Positions 24,751 to 36,644 of a stretch of DNA of 64,000 nt are shown here, one piece after another (within the stretch, counting starts at the first letter, position 1; every line of letters begins with the position of its first letter). Source of the DNA: Antedon mediterranea. Lineage: Eukaryota > Animalia > Echinodermata. The DNA lies in contig NC_092670.1 in NCBI RefSeq assembly GCF_964355755.1, forward strand, positions 28,880,388 to 28,944,387, written 5' to 3'. Under the pieces are notes generated by a model. The model had not been told where the DNA came from. It did no database searches and saw only the letters and a list, made by a program, of their open reading frames with translations. A program made the translations under genes and the position numbers.

Positions 24751-26684
24751 CAGTGTTCTCCCCAGGCCTTTGAAGCGTCACGGTACCGTGACGCTTGGGT
24801 TCTCTACCGTGACGCTTTACGGTCGGCCGTGACGCTTAAAACCTTATCCGTGACGCTTAAAAATATCAACCACAACAATCTAAAAATAGATTAACAGGCA
24901 GGTACGGTACTTTATCTCTAGAGCTGAGGCGCGGCGGCATGCATAAAGAGCCTAATGCATACGAGACACGTGACATGACCACTAGACGAAAAACAAAAGA
25001 CTGCGTAACAAAGTGTTAAACAACTGAGACTCGCTTTCACCGGCCGCCGCCGAGAGATGTAAACACGTGTTTTGTTACTGCCATGTCTCTCTTTCGATCT
25101 CTAGTATTTGGCTGTTGTCTAAAATGTAGTAACTTGTATATTGTAAATAAAGTAAATGATTGATTGTATTGTTTTTCTTGTAAAAATGTTATGTGTATTA
25201 AAAATAAATATCGATGATATTATTTTCAATATCACATTCACACTTAATTAATCGACTCTATCGGTGGGATTTACTCTTTCCTCGGTAACATACGCACGTC
25301 ATCAAATGATTTCTAGGCGCAATTAAATGCTAGCTGCTTTGATCGTATAATACATTCAAGTCCAAGAAGACTACGATCGTTTTCCTATTTGGTAGTGCGC
25401 TAAAGTCTTATTTTACTTAACTTAAGGTACATTTGTACATCGGTGCTAGAATGTTTTAGGCCCTACTTCGTGAGAAAGTCGAGTGACAAGGGATGTCACA
25501 TGGTATTGTGATATCAGTACTGCGATACTGTATGTCACATGGTGCTTTCACCGGCCGCCGCCGAAAGATGTAAGCACGTGTTTTGTTACTGCCATGTCTC
25601 TCTTTCGAATGTTTTCCTATTTCCTAGTGCGCTATGAAGTCTTATTTCCGGGCAACTAGAGGTGTCTTACTAATGAGTAGGCCTAGTTTTATTTCATCGG
25701 GACTTGCCCCCGATGTTTGTATTTGAACGCAAAAAATGTTTTTTTATCGCATATGTTTACCCGCCATTATCGCGTACAGTGTTTACCTGCGGAAAAGTAG
25801 GCTCAATCGGGCTGTTTGCTAGCGCGCTATGAAGTGTCCTTTCCGGCCAACTACAGAGTTGTCCTACTGAAGAGTAGGCATTTTTTTTTTTTTCCCTTGA
25901 CGTTCGTAATGAACGCAAAAAATGTTTCTTATCGCGTATGTTTACCGGCGGAAAAAGCAGGCTACGATCGTGCGGTTTGCTAGCGCGCTATGAAGTGTTT
26001 TTCCGGCCAACTACAGAGTTGTCCTACTCATGAGTAGGCCTAGTTTTATTTCATCGGGGAATTCCCCTTGACGTTCGTAATCGTATTGAACGCAAAAATA
26101 TTTTTTTATCGCGTATGTTTACTGGCGGAAAAAGTATGCTACGATGGTTTTACTGTTTGCTAGTGTGCTATAAAGTTTCGTTTCCGGCCAACTAGAGTTG
26201 TCCTACTGATGAGTAGGCTAATAGATTAGGCCTATTTTTTTCATTGGGGCTTCCCCCTGACGTTCGTAATGAACGCAAAAATTTTTCTTCGCGTATGTTT
26301 ACTGGCGGAAAAAGTATGCTACGATGGTTTTACTGTTTGCTAGTGCGCTATAAAGTTTCGTTTCCGGCCAACTAGAGTTGTCCTACTGATGAGTAGGCTA
26401 ATAGATTAGGCCTATTTTTTTCATTGGGGCTTGGGGTTGTTTGCTAGCGCGCTATAAGTGTTATTTCCGGCCAAACCAGAGGTGTCATTCAACATAAATG
26501 TTATGTGCGAGAGTACCATTTCCGGCCATCTAGGGTGTAAATTACTAAAAATCGCTTCGCCACAGCCCCAACCATGGTGGGGCTGTGACTCAAGTACTTA
26601 GTGTCGGAATGCCCCCCCCCCCCCCTTCGGGGGGGGGGGGGGGCCGAAGCGTGGCGCTTGCTATGAATCCTGGGGAGAACACTG
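24751..26684. mobile_element. hAT-like non-autonomous element with 5-bp TSD and internal tandem array
   Basis: Perfect 16-bp TIR CAGTGTTCTCCCCAGG, TSD CGGAG. Shares a subterminal block with 23490-23580. Confidence 0.85.
25620..26480. repeat. ~180-bp tandem repeat, about 5 units
   Basis: ctag(c/t)gcgctat...ttccggccaact recurs near 25623, 25820, 25980, 26160, 26340 and 26444. Confidence 0.85.
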
Positions 26685-26811
26685 CGGAGTCTAGAAAAGT
26701 TTAAAAAAACCACCTGTGCTTCGAGAGTGCAGCATGATACCAGAATGTTCTGGAAAATTTGATAATTAATGCATGCCTAGAAATTATAAATTTGGAAGGT
26801 TTATATTACTC

Positions 26812-27520
26812 TAGTAGCTAGATCAACTTTCGTATGCACTTTGAGGTCCAGAGAATTTGACTTCAGAAATTGGTTTAGGGTGGTCAAACAATCATTTTTG
26901 GCTTGGTTACACATTTTGAAAATGTGGCGAAAGGTCAAAAGGTCAGGGTCTAAGGTTATAAAATCAAACACCACTATGTCCTTAAATCTCGACAACCACT
27001 GGTCACAGCGAGGTAATTTTGGTCTTAAATTAATCAGAAGGTATACATATTTATATTCAGTCTAATGAAACATTTTAGTCGAAAATGACCGGAAATGCCA
27101 TTTCTGACCTTTGACCCATAAACCAGGGCATTTCTGTATCTCCGTAACTATTGGCCGTAGTGACTTGAATTTGGGCTCAAATTGTTCGAAATATACATTT
27201 AGTTATTTGTTACACATTTTGAAAAATGTTACAAAAGGTCAAAAGGTCAAGGCCAGGGGTTATATGAATAAACACAAATAGGTATTTGTATCTCGGCAAC
27301 CACTGGTCACAGCGAGTAAATTTTGGTCTCAAAATGTTCAGAAGGTATACATTCATATTCAGTCTAATGAAACATTTTAGTAAAAAATGACCGGAAATGA
27401 CATTTCTGACCTTTGACATACATACCAGGGCATCTTCTTATCTCTGTAAGTACAGGTCGTAGAAACTTAAATTTAGTATCAAATTGTTAGAAATACACAT
27501 ATTTACATTCAATATGGAAG
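26812..27520. repeat. Academ-TIR-like repeat with ~305-bp tandem duplication
   Basis: Starts TAGTAG. 26905-27210 is repeated at 27210-27510. Contains TGACCTTTGACC motifs as in the other Academ TIRs. No partner TIR found. Confidence 0.5.
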
Positions 27521-28339
27521 GTAATCTTTTACATTGCGTGAGAAAACATCCATTTTTTGTTAAATATTAGTTTTTATTTGGTTTTATAGGTACGTTCTAT
27601 GATTGGTCAATATTGACATTTGACTCTTAATCACAACAATTTTTTTGGTTTTTTTCCCTGCCACCGGACTAAAATGCTTGTGATGCAAACAAATTTAAAC
27701 TTAATTTAATTAGTTACAGAGAATAATAGGGCATCTCAGATTTCAGGATTCTTTTACATATTTAATTAATTACTGCCAAGAAAAGCCAGGCTATTTCCTC
27801 CATGGTCAGGCAGTGCAGATGACATTGACAGGGATATTATACATACAATACCTTACTCAGTGTTATTTTGTAAAAAATTTCTTGTGAAATTCCCAATTGC
27901 CCAAAATGTTTAGTTTTCAAAACACATTTAAAAACCAGATATTAATAACCACAAAAAGTATATAAACAATAATTGGCCTAAAAGTGGGACCCTACTTACT
28001 AAACACCTAAATAACATTTAATACTACCGAATACCTTTTGTAACAACATATCTTAACCAGAGAGTAGCCACATGTTGCTCATTAATATGTACTATTACAA
28101 ATTAATGCTTTCAGAAACTGGTAAAAATCAAGTTAAAAATTTGATTTCTCCGAGAATCTAACAGCAGTCATTATTGACTAAAGTTGACATATATGCATTG
28201 CCTTTGAGACCGGCAACTTTGTAAAAAATGACGCACCCATGACACACCTCTTCCGGGGGGTTGTATACCTAGTAGGCTACATACAATTGACAAGTGCATT
28301 TTTTTTATAGTCAAACATCCATGCGTTAAATCAACATAT

Positions 28340-28850
28340 ATTGTCGTAAGGATAGCCTCGTCTAGACCTAGCGAGCCATATGGTAGATGCCCTAGCCTTA
28401 GGTTAGGCCTACGCCTGTTATTTTTATCTAGGCCTGGCCCTAGGCCTAGCAGGCCTATATAGGGGACTAGGCCTAGGCCCTAACTAGCTAGCTAGGCCTA
28501 CTAGGCCTAGCTAGAGGAGGCCTAGGCCTAGGATATGCCTAGCCTAATTCAAGATCGAAAATGATTTGAAATCAATTACCATCTACTCCTAGGCTAGGCC
28601 AAAGATAGGTTGGCTGGTGGTAGCCTAGGCCTAGTTGAGGACTGCTCTCTGGATTAGTTTTCCGTTTGGCCTACTAGCTAGGCTTACATCCAAGCTTGTA
28701 CTCCGTAGACTCCCCCACTAGAATATAGGAATAGGAGAGGATGCCTTTAGCCGAGCTTAAGTATTCGCCGTGGTTTAGGATTCCGGCACCGGAACTCAAC
28801 TGCCCACCGTTAGGGAATCCGACACGCTATTGCGCATGCCCAGAGCGAGG
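28340..28850 (-). promoter_or_regulatory. Possible promoter / non-coding first exon region of host gene
   Basis: GC-richer island dense in TAGGCCTA/CTAG. Minus-strand donor-like G|GTAATT near 28578 and an NRF1-like TGCGCATGC near 28831. Confidence 0.3.
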
Positions 28851-28924
28851 TAATCGGGGCGACTCTATACTTATATCAACAGCGATGGATCATTTCATAG
28901 CTGCGCCAAACGGCGAACTAGCCT

Positions 28925-31900
28925 AGATCAAAGAATATATATCTTACGGTGGTCGTAATTGCCGTGACTTTTGGAAAGTGTTTAAAGGAAATACGCGCAA
29001 AAATGACACTGTACAATGCCTAAAAATACCGGGCACTAATGAAATAACTTGTGACCGAAATAAAATGAACTATACCGTCTTAGAGTATTGGAGTACACTA
29101 GGAAAGATGAATAGAAATTTAAATTCCGAGTATGATAAAGATTATATAGAGACAGTCAATTTCGTTAATAACCTTAAAATAAATAATGACTGTAGGCAAA
29201 ATGTTGAGGATAGCACCAAATCAATAGTTAACATTAAACTCACATTAGATATAGTTAAATCTGCTATCTACCAATCAAAAAACAACAAATCTGCTGGTTC
29301 TGACAATATATCTAATGAATTACTTAAAAACGGTGGGACGATTTTAAATAGATTAAAGCCCCATTCCCTACGTTTTTGAGATCTAATTTAAGATCACAAA
29401 CTATATTTAATGTAAAAATAATACTACATGGTCCTATTGCGATAACTTTTTTCGTCTTTAAACGGTTAAAAATGTGAAAAATAAATCGATTCTAATAATT
29501 ATAGCGGCCCGCTATAAATCCCAAAATGCATTGCGCGCGTATTGATATTTTTGTTTTTCACCTGTAATTCGCCCACTTTTCGATCGATCGTGAAGCCAAA
29601 ACAAATGGAAGACTCCTAACTTTTCAGCGAAAATACCGGGTTTTCCCCAATTTGTATCAACGGAGTCTGGCAAAAATAGAAAGACAATTAATGCAGCAAC
29701 TATACAACGTCAGGCTAGGTATATAGCTAGCGTACGATGTTCGTACGTTATCGATGTTTACCAGCTAGGCCTACAAAACTAAGCCTAGCTAGGCTAGGCC
29801 TAAGACCGTCCACGAGAGGTCGATCGCCGCGAGCTACTTAGGTAGTGCATTGTTTCTCACTTTTTATCATAATTTACCATAAAACGTACATTTAAGACAA
29901 GGAATGACATGGTTTAATGTTTTTAAAGTGATATATATGTATTATTTTCCAAAAAACGTCCAAAATTGCAGGGAAGGGGTCTTTAATGTTATCACTATTC
30001 AAAAAAATTGTTAGTCTTGAAAAAGTACCGTCGGAATGGAATAGTACCATTGTTGTACCAATATATAAAAAGGGTGATAGAAGGGACCTAAATAACTTTA
30101 GAGGAATATCTTTAACATCTTGCGTTTCTAAAATATTCAATAGAGTTGTACATTACACAGTTTCAGACTTCTTAGAAGAAAACAATACCCTTTCAGAAGT
30201 TCAGGGAGGGTTTAGACCCCACCGAAGATGTGAAGACCACATTTTCACTCTTAAAAACATTGCTAGTTGCCGACTTGCGGAAGGCAAGAAGACTTACTTA
30301 GCATTCCTTGACATAAAAAAAGCATTTGATAGCGTATGGAGAGATGGATTGCTAATGGCAATATGGAATATTGGAATTCGTGGTAGATTATGGAATATTA
30401 TAAGTAGCTTGTACGACAATGTTAAGGGGCAAGTAAGATTTGGTGACATTGAAACACAGTCTTTTGATATAGAAGAAGGTGTTAAGCAAGGGTGTGTCCT
30501 TTCCCCAACCCTGTTTTGCATAATAATGAACGAACTCACTAAATTATTACGAGAACACGCGTTAGGTGTGCGCATACACGATATCTGCCTTGGTAGTAGC
30601 CTTTTTTGGGCCGACGATATCGTACTTTTAGCAGATAGCGAAAAAGAACTCAATAAAATGTTAGATTTAGTATCCTTATTTGCTAAAAAATGGAAATTTA
30701 ATTTTAATAGTGAAAAGTCAAATGTTTTGATAATAGGCCAGAATCTGAATAGCGAAAAACTTTGGAAATTGGGGGATACTTTTATATCTGAAGTTGAAAC
30801 ATATAAGTATCTTGGTGTATACATTTCTAGAAATCTAAATAAAAGACAATTTCCACATCAATCAAGTTATTAAAAAGGGCAATAGGATCATTGCGTACAT
30901 TAAATCTATTATAGATAGACTCAACAATTTTGATCGTGTTGTATATGGAGATATCCTTTGGAGAAGTATCGGCCTTCCGACTATTAACTATGCTTGTGCT
31001 GTATGTGTCAATACAAATACTAAAGACATACAAAGGATTGAGTCTCTTCAATTACAAATGGCGCGAACAATTCTTAAAGCGAGTAGAAGCACTGCAAAAG
31101 AGGCACTTTATGGCGATCTAGGTTGGCAACCAATTAAAGTAACTCAGGATATTTTTAAAGCAAAATATATAAGAAATGTTATGTGTATGGAAATGTATCG
31201 TTGGCCAAAACTTATATTAAACACAATTATTACACATAAGAATTTTAATTCAAGGTACCAATTTATTAATGAATTTGAAAAAACTTGTGATTATATTAAG
31301 TTCGATTTCAATGCCATTCTTAATGATATATGTACAGGTACTGATATTGATATAAACTGGGTCAAGCCATTTGAAAATACAATTAAACAATCGTATTCTA
31401 CTTTTTGGAAACAAGAAGTATTAAGAAAATCATCTTTGCTTGATTACTCTTTGATAAAAGAGTCACCTAGCCTAGAACCTTACCTACTGGATAAAACAGA
31501 TTTTTATGGCTCAAGTTTAAAATTTAAACTTCGTTCAAACACTTTACCACTTGGAAAAATTACAAATAAGTGGAACATTGATAATCTAAATGACAAGTGT
31601 AAGGTTTGTGGGTCAGGTGAAGAAGATGTTAAACATTTCCTGTTTATTTGTAATAAGTTACATTGTATTAGAATGGAAGAATTACAAACACTTCAACATA
31701 AACTTATTGCAATAAATTGTGTAGATACTTGGGTAAATTTTATTTCTGGTGACCTATCTATTAAGGTTCAATATGTCCTAGGAAGCACGTTATTCCACAA
31801 AAATAACTCTCACGACATTTATGCTGTACATACATTGTAAAATGTACACAAGCCGTGCTTGGAAATTAAGAAATGCAATTGTATTACAACTTTGAACTGT

Positions 31901-32165
31901 TTTATTTTAAAAAAAAAAGTGTTTTCTTTTCCATTGCTGTTGCAAAATTAGTAGTTGTATATTAGTGTAGTTTTAGTTTGTAAATAAGTTTTGTAATAGC
32001 GTCGAGTCAAATTTTATGTCATTATCTCAAATATGTTTTATTTTCGTTTCAGTTTTTATTTTTCATTGTTTTTGTATTGAATTTTGTAATTGGTATGGAC
32101 GCACCATCTACGCATGTGTGCCACTGTTAAAAAAGTGTTGTTCCAAATAAATATTATTATTATTA
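28925..32165 (+). mobile_element. 5'-truncated RTE-X-like LINE (RT + C-terminal CCHC)
   Basis: NFRGISL, QGGFR, KAFDSV, GVKQGCVLSP, FWADD, YKYLG, YGDLG, CKVC...HFLFIC. (ATT)n tail and frameshifts. Confidence 0.88.
29357..29982. mobile_element. Kolobok-like MITE (TTAA TSD)
   Basis: TTAA|AGCCCCATTCCCT...AGGGAAGGGGTCT|TTAA. Removal fuses ORFs 28978 and 29986 in frame (NRLMLSLF). Confidence 0.85.
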
Positions 32166-32166
32166 T

Positions 32167-33403
32167 CACAAGAAAGAGTAATCCGCGATTTTCCCTGTTA
32201 CAGTAATATTGTCCATGTGGTAGGGCGCCGCCATAAGTGTGGATGTATCTGGGATGTATACAACTTTTTGTGACGGTTTCACTAATCAAAGGCTGGACCA
32301 CCGGTAGTATTTTCATGATAAAAAATGTTATCAACTACATGCCAACATCATGTTAAATACTATTTGGATATTTAATTGTTCGTTTTATGCAATTTATTTA
32401 GTAAAAACTGCCGTATAAACAGTTTGCTTTATCAACCGGGCGCTACATACGATAGCGTGACCGGGCGTGTTGGTGTTTACGCGTTTTCACGAAGGATAGT
32501 TTAATAATATTCCTATATTTAACTTGTTTCTGGTAAAACAAATAAATGTTAATGACATTTAACATTTTGTCCTATTAATAACATGTATTTTATACTAATT
32601 TATATCATAAAAACAATACTTAATTTACCGGGCGTAGAGTAGTACACGGCAATGGTAAAGAATAGGCCGTGTGAGTAACGATTCGTTGATTTTTGGTGTT
32701 GCTGAACTGAACTGAACTGAACTTGTTGCACATCTCAATGAGATGTGCAACAAGTTTACAGTGAAAAATAATACATAGGCCTACACACTTAAATATAAAT
32801 ACAAAACAAGAAATTAGACATAAGAACAAAATTACAAAAAAAAAATTTAAGAAAACTAAGACAGATTAAATATTAAGAAAATGAATAAATTAAGTTTGAG
32901 AAGGAATTGTATTGTATATATATCATTTTGTGTGTTCCAAGCCATGGTCAGAAAAATGTTACAATGTTTGTCGAAAAAAATACTTGCTAATTCGTATACA
33001 TCATGGGTCAATTGATTTGGTGTAATTTTAAATTCATTATGGATTTCAAGATCATCGAAGAATAAGTGGTATTTAAGATCTGTGGCTGCTTGGCCGGCTA
33101 CTTCCTGAATTCCCTCGATAGAGATCCTGTGTTAGGCCTTTTTTGTGAACTAACTTAGCATGATAGTAAATAATTGTCTGTAAAAGTGAATGTACACTAG
33201 TTTGTTAATTAATATGTATTATAAAATAGTTTACAATTTCAAAAACTATTATCATAATTCTATTTAATGTGACATGTATAATATCTATTAAATCAAGTCT
33301 TATTTAGTATGTATACATCCGCCCTTATGAGGGCGGACATCACTCACTGGAGCTCTCTGTTACAAATTTCTCATGCAAAAATCGCGGAATACTCATTCTT
33401 GTG
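32167..33403. mobile_element. CAC...GTG TIR element (EnSpm-like)
   Basis: TIR CACAAGAAAGAGTAATCCGCGATTT vs AAATCGCGGAATACTCATTCTTGTG. Contains a minus-strand LINE tail with (CAGTT)n near 32700. Confidence 0.6.
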
Positions 33404-33569
33404 ATATATATTCTTTGGTGCAAGCTATAATTCACTTCCCAGAGCTTTGGGCATGCGCAATAGCGTGTCGGATTCCCTAACGGTGGGCAGTTGAGTTCCG
33501 GTGTCGGAATCCTAACAACGGCGATTTTACTGCGTATCCGTGTATATCGTGTAGCCTAATCCCCCGCCT

Positions 33570-34548
33570 GCGATTTTTTTTTTTCGTACATAAGTTGGGG
33601 ACCCCCTCGTGAAACGTCACAAAATAAACATGAATAATTCATCAGTTAAATTTTCTTGTTCCGTGTGCACCCAAGCGTATAGCAACAAGAAGTGATTACA
33701 CAAGTGCGGTACGATTCTAGGCCTATCTCCGCTGTTGTTGCGGCGTGCGATTTCATAGAAGAATAGCGGCGTTTTGTGTGGATTGTCCAGGGAGTTGTTA
33801 TTAATAACAACTCCCTGGATTGTCGAAATAATCAGCCTTTAGTTTATGGTGTTTTTAATATAATTTTTTACTAAAGAATTACGTGTTAAAACTATAGTTT
33901 CTATTAATACTATTAGGCCTAATTATTAGTCTCTAAACCCATGTCTATTCTAGTAGTAGCTGTGTGGGTGTGTGTGACGTGTGTGTGTTAGGTATGACCA
34001 AAGATAGTTACACTATAGTGTAACTATCTTTGGTATGACACAATCCGAGTAATAAGTCAGCAAAATTAAACAATAAACATTACACAAAAATACATTTTTA
34101 TTCTCGTGGGTCAAATCTTCCCATCTCATGTGTTCATATACGCACATTTTTAAAGTTCCTTTGAGTACATGCATATTGTTTGATAATAAAATAGCAGAAT
34201 TAAAAAAATACAGTACACAAATTATACACATTCTTTATTCTTGTGGGTCTAAGCTTTCTTTGGGCTATGTCCAATGAATTACTACTTAGTTTAATGTCTT
34301 GCCTAGCTGTCGATTAGCCTCGACTCGACACATTTTGTGTGAAGAAGAGTGCGCGAAGGCAATCACGTGAATTTACTTATAATCCTAGGCCTACTGTAGA
34401 AAGTATCGTATCGCAGTTGTGTAATCACTTCTTGTTGCTATACGCTTGGGTGCACACGGAACAACAAATTTAACTGATGAATTATTCATGTTTATTTTGT
34501 GACGTTTCATGAAGGGGTCCCCAACTTATGTACGAAAAAAAAAATCGC
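33570..34548. mobile_element. MULE-like MITE with ~150-bp TIRs
   Basis: 33570-33725 is inverted to 34385-34548, with CCCCCGCCT on both flanks. The right arm recurs at 62519-62783. Confidence 0.7.
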
Positions 34549-35633
34549 CCCCCCCCCCCCCGCCTCCTGTGGCTGCTTGGCCGGCTACTTCCTGAATTCC
34601 CTCGATAGAGATCCTGCTGCAGACTGTCTGCCATGCGGTATGTCTACCAGGCGGTATGTCCGCCAGGGGAACATATTCTCGACGATACCATTTTTTTTAG
34701 AGGGAAAATATCTGTACTTTGTTTCTGTAATGTCTCCAAGGCGGTTTTTCGCGCCGCGGCTCTAGCCAGCTATGTCCCAGGAGGACACATTCATTAATAA
34801 GCTGTTTCATAGCGGTAGGACTGACAGTTTTGTGAATTTGGAAACTCGACTATAATTTATAGGTAGCTGCTGGACCCAAAAAACGTCTGGGAGAAGAGAG
34901 TCTATATGAAAGCCTTTGCTGATAATACAGTATTATTGAGATGTAGACGGAAATCTGTAAAATCTTGATCAATAAACAATAACTTCGTTTTTGCTGTCAA
35001 CCAGGCCGGTATTATAATAAGTCACTGTCAAATAAATCATTCGATAATGGTCAAAACTTTATTTTGGCTCTGTCAACATAAAGGGAGGTATACAGTATTT
35101 ACAATGACTTTCTTTGACTGTCAATCTAGGCCAATGTTATAATAATACGCCGTCAGATATTAAATCATTGAAACAGTCCTCGTAAATTTTTTGTTGGTTA
35201 TCAGATGCCGTGGGGGGTCCAATCAATTATCGTCAGAAGGTGAACAATCAGTCTAGGTAGCAGCAGCAGATTATTAGGAACGCCTGCTCCATTAATTAAT
35301 CCAGAAAAAGGTTTGTACATTATCTATTTATTTATTAGCCTTCTCCTAACACAATTATATTTTCTTTAAAAAAAAGGTTTTATAAGTGGTTTCAACATTT
35401 ATGATAGTAATGTCACAGTTCTGTGTCTGGACGCAAGTTCATAGACCTACTAGTTATATTATTCATATTAACTGATACTTAGGCCTACTCTTCATTTACC
35501 GTAAAGTTCAGTTTTAATGAAATATATAATATAAATTGGCTTCGTAACAATTAATTAGTTTTGAAAAGGTTAGTTTTTTGGTGATAGGTGAAAATGACAT
35601 GTAACTTCGTAATCAATTTATTTTTTTTGTATA

Positions 35634-36026
35634 AAGGCCCAATTACACCATGGAGGTATTATACCTCCATGATTACACTATGACGATAACGACGGACGAT
35701 AAATATATAGCATGCATTTTTTTTACATAAACCAAAAGAAATTAGAAAGGTTTTCGTTCTAGACCTATAGGATAATCATTTATGCTGTCTTTGATAAAAA
35801 TATTGTTTTTCAAATTCCAATCAAATGACGTCATGATAAATAAAAACAATAAAATCGGTGTATTGTCACGATATTATTGGTCTTACTAATCATGACGTCA
35901 TTTGATTGGACGTGTGAAAATATAATTTTCATCAAAGGAATTGTTTATATTTCTTTTGGTTTATGTATTAAAAATGCACATTTGTCTATTTATCGTCGAT
36001 CGTTATCGTCCTAGTGTATGGGCCTT
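35634..36026. mobile_element. Palindromic PIF/Harbinger-like MITE
   Basis: AAGGCCCA...TGGGCCTT ends, TAA/TTA flanks, long internal inverted symmetry. Confidence 0.65.
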
Positions 36027-36375
36027 ATTTCATTTCATTTATTCCACATTTATTTAGTCATCAATTACAGTACATCATAATTACAGTACAACTGAGAACA
36101 GGGATCCTGCATAAAAAAGCTATAGCTTCGTTTTTTTGTAGGACCCTTTTACATAGGAACTTTACGGTAAATGTTCAATTAATAATTAATCATTAATTGA
36201 TCATTCCGATTTTATTAGTTGGACTCTTGCGCAGTTGCTGTCTAATCGTTGTTGTGTAATATCATTTCGAACCATATTAAAATCATAAAGAGATTCATAT
36301 TCCTTAACATGTGGCTGTGCATGGAAGTCTGGTCTACACAAACTCGGCCCCGGGCCTGAAAGTGTTGGTGAATTC
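36024..36375 (-). mobile_element. 3' LINE remnant
   Basis: Minus-strand AATAAA(TGAAA)n tail and a 3' stem-loop at 36100-36147. Confidence 0.45.
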
Positions 36376-36644
36376 ATAATTATACTTAATATTATATTTA
36401 TATATATATATATATAAATCCAAAGGCAAATTACTGAAAAAAATGACAATGCTGTGGGTATCAGTGGCTGGATCTCAATGGAGATACAAAAATAAAAAGC
36501 GAAAAGCTAAATCAAAACGATAAAGTAAACAGCCAGAAAAGTTAGCAGAGCTTTCGGGCAACACTAGCCCTTCATCAGTGCAAGTGATATATAAATATAT
36601 TATTATACAATTGAAAGCAAAACCCGTTGAATCTCAAATCATTA

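Larger units (their letters stand above)
23850..26760 (-). mobile_element. 5'-truncated RTE (BovB-like) LINE, degenerate, split by an insertion
   Basis: SRL|RAKTK joins across the insertion. Also ADDAA, FTYLSS, LLYCSESW, LRWSGHVIRQEDYRLPKNIFYGEL. Confidence 0.85.

Noticed and set aside
25620-26480. CTGATGAG in tandem units as hammerhead array or CRISPR
   Set aside because: No GAAA box after the stem (a T-tract follows), no unique spacers, no cas genes, eukaryotic context.
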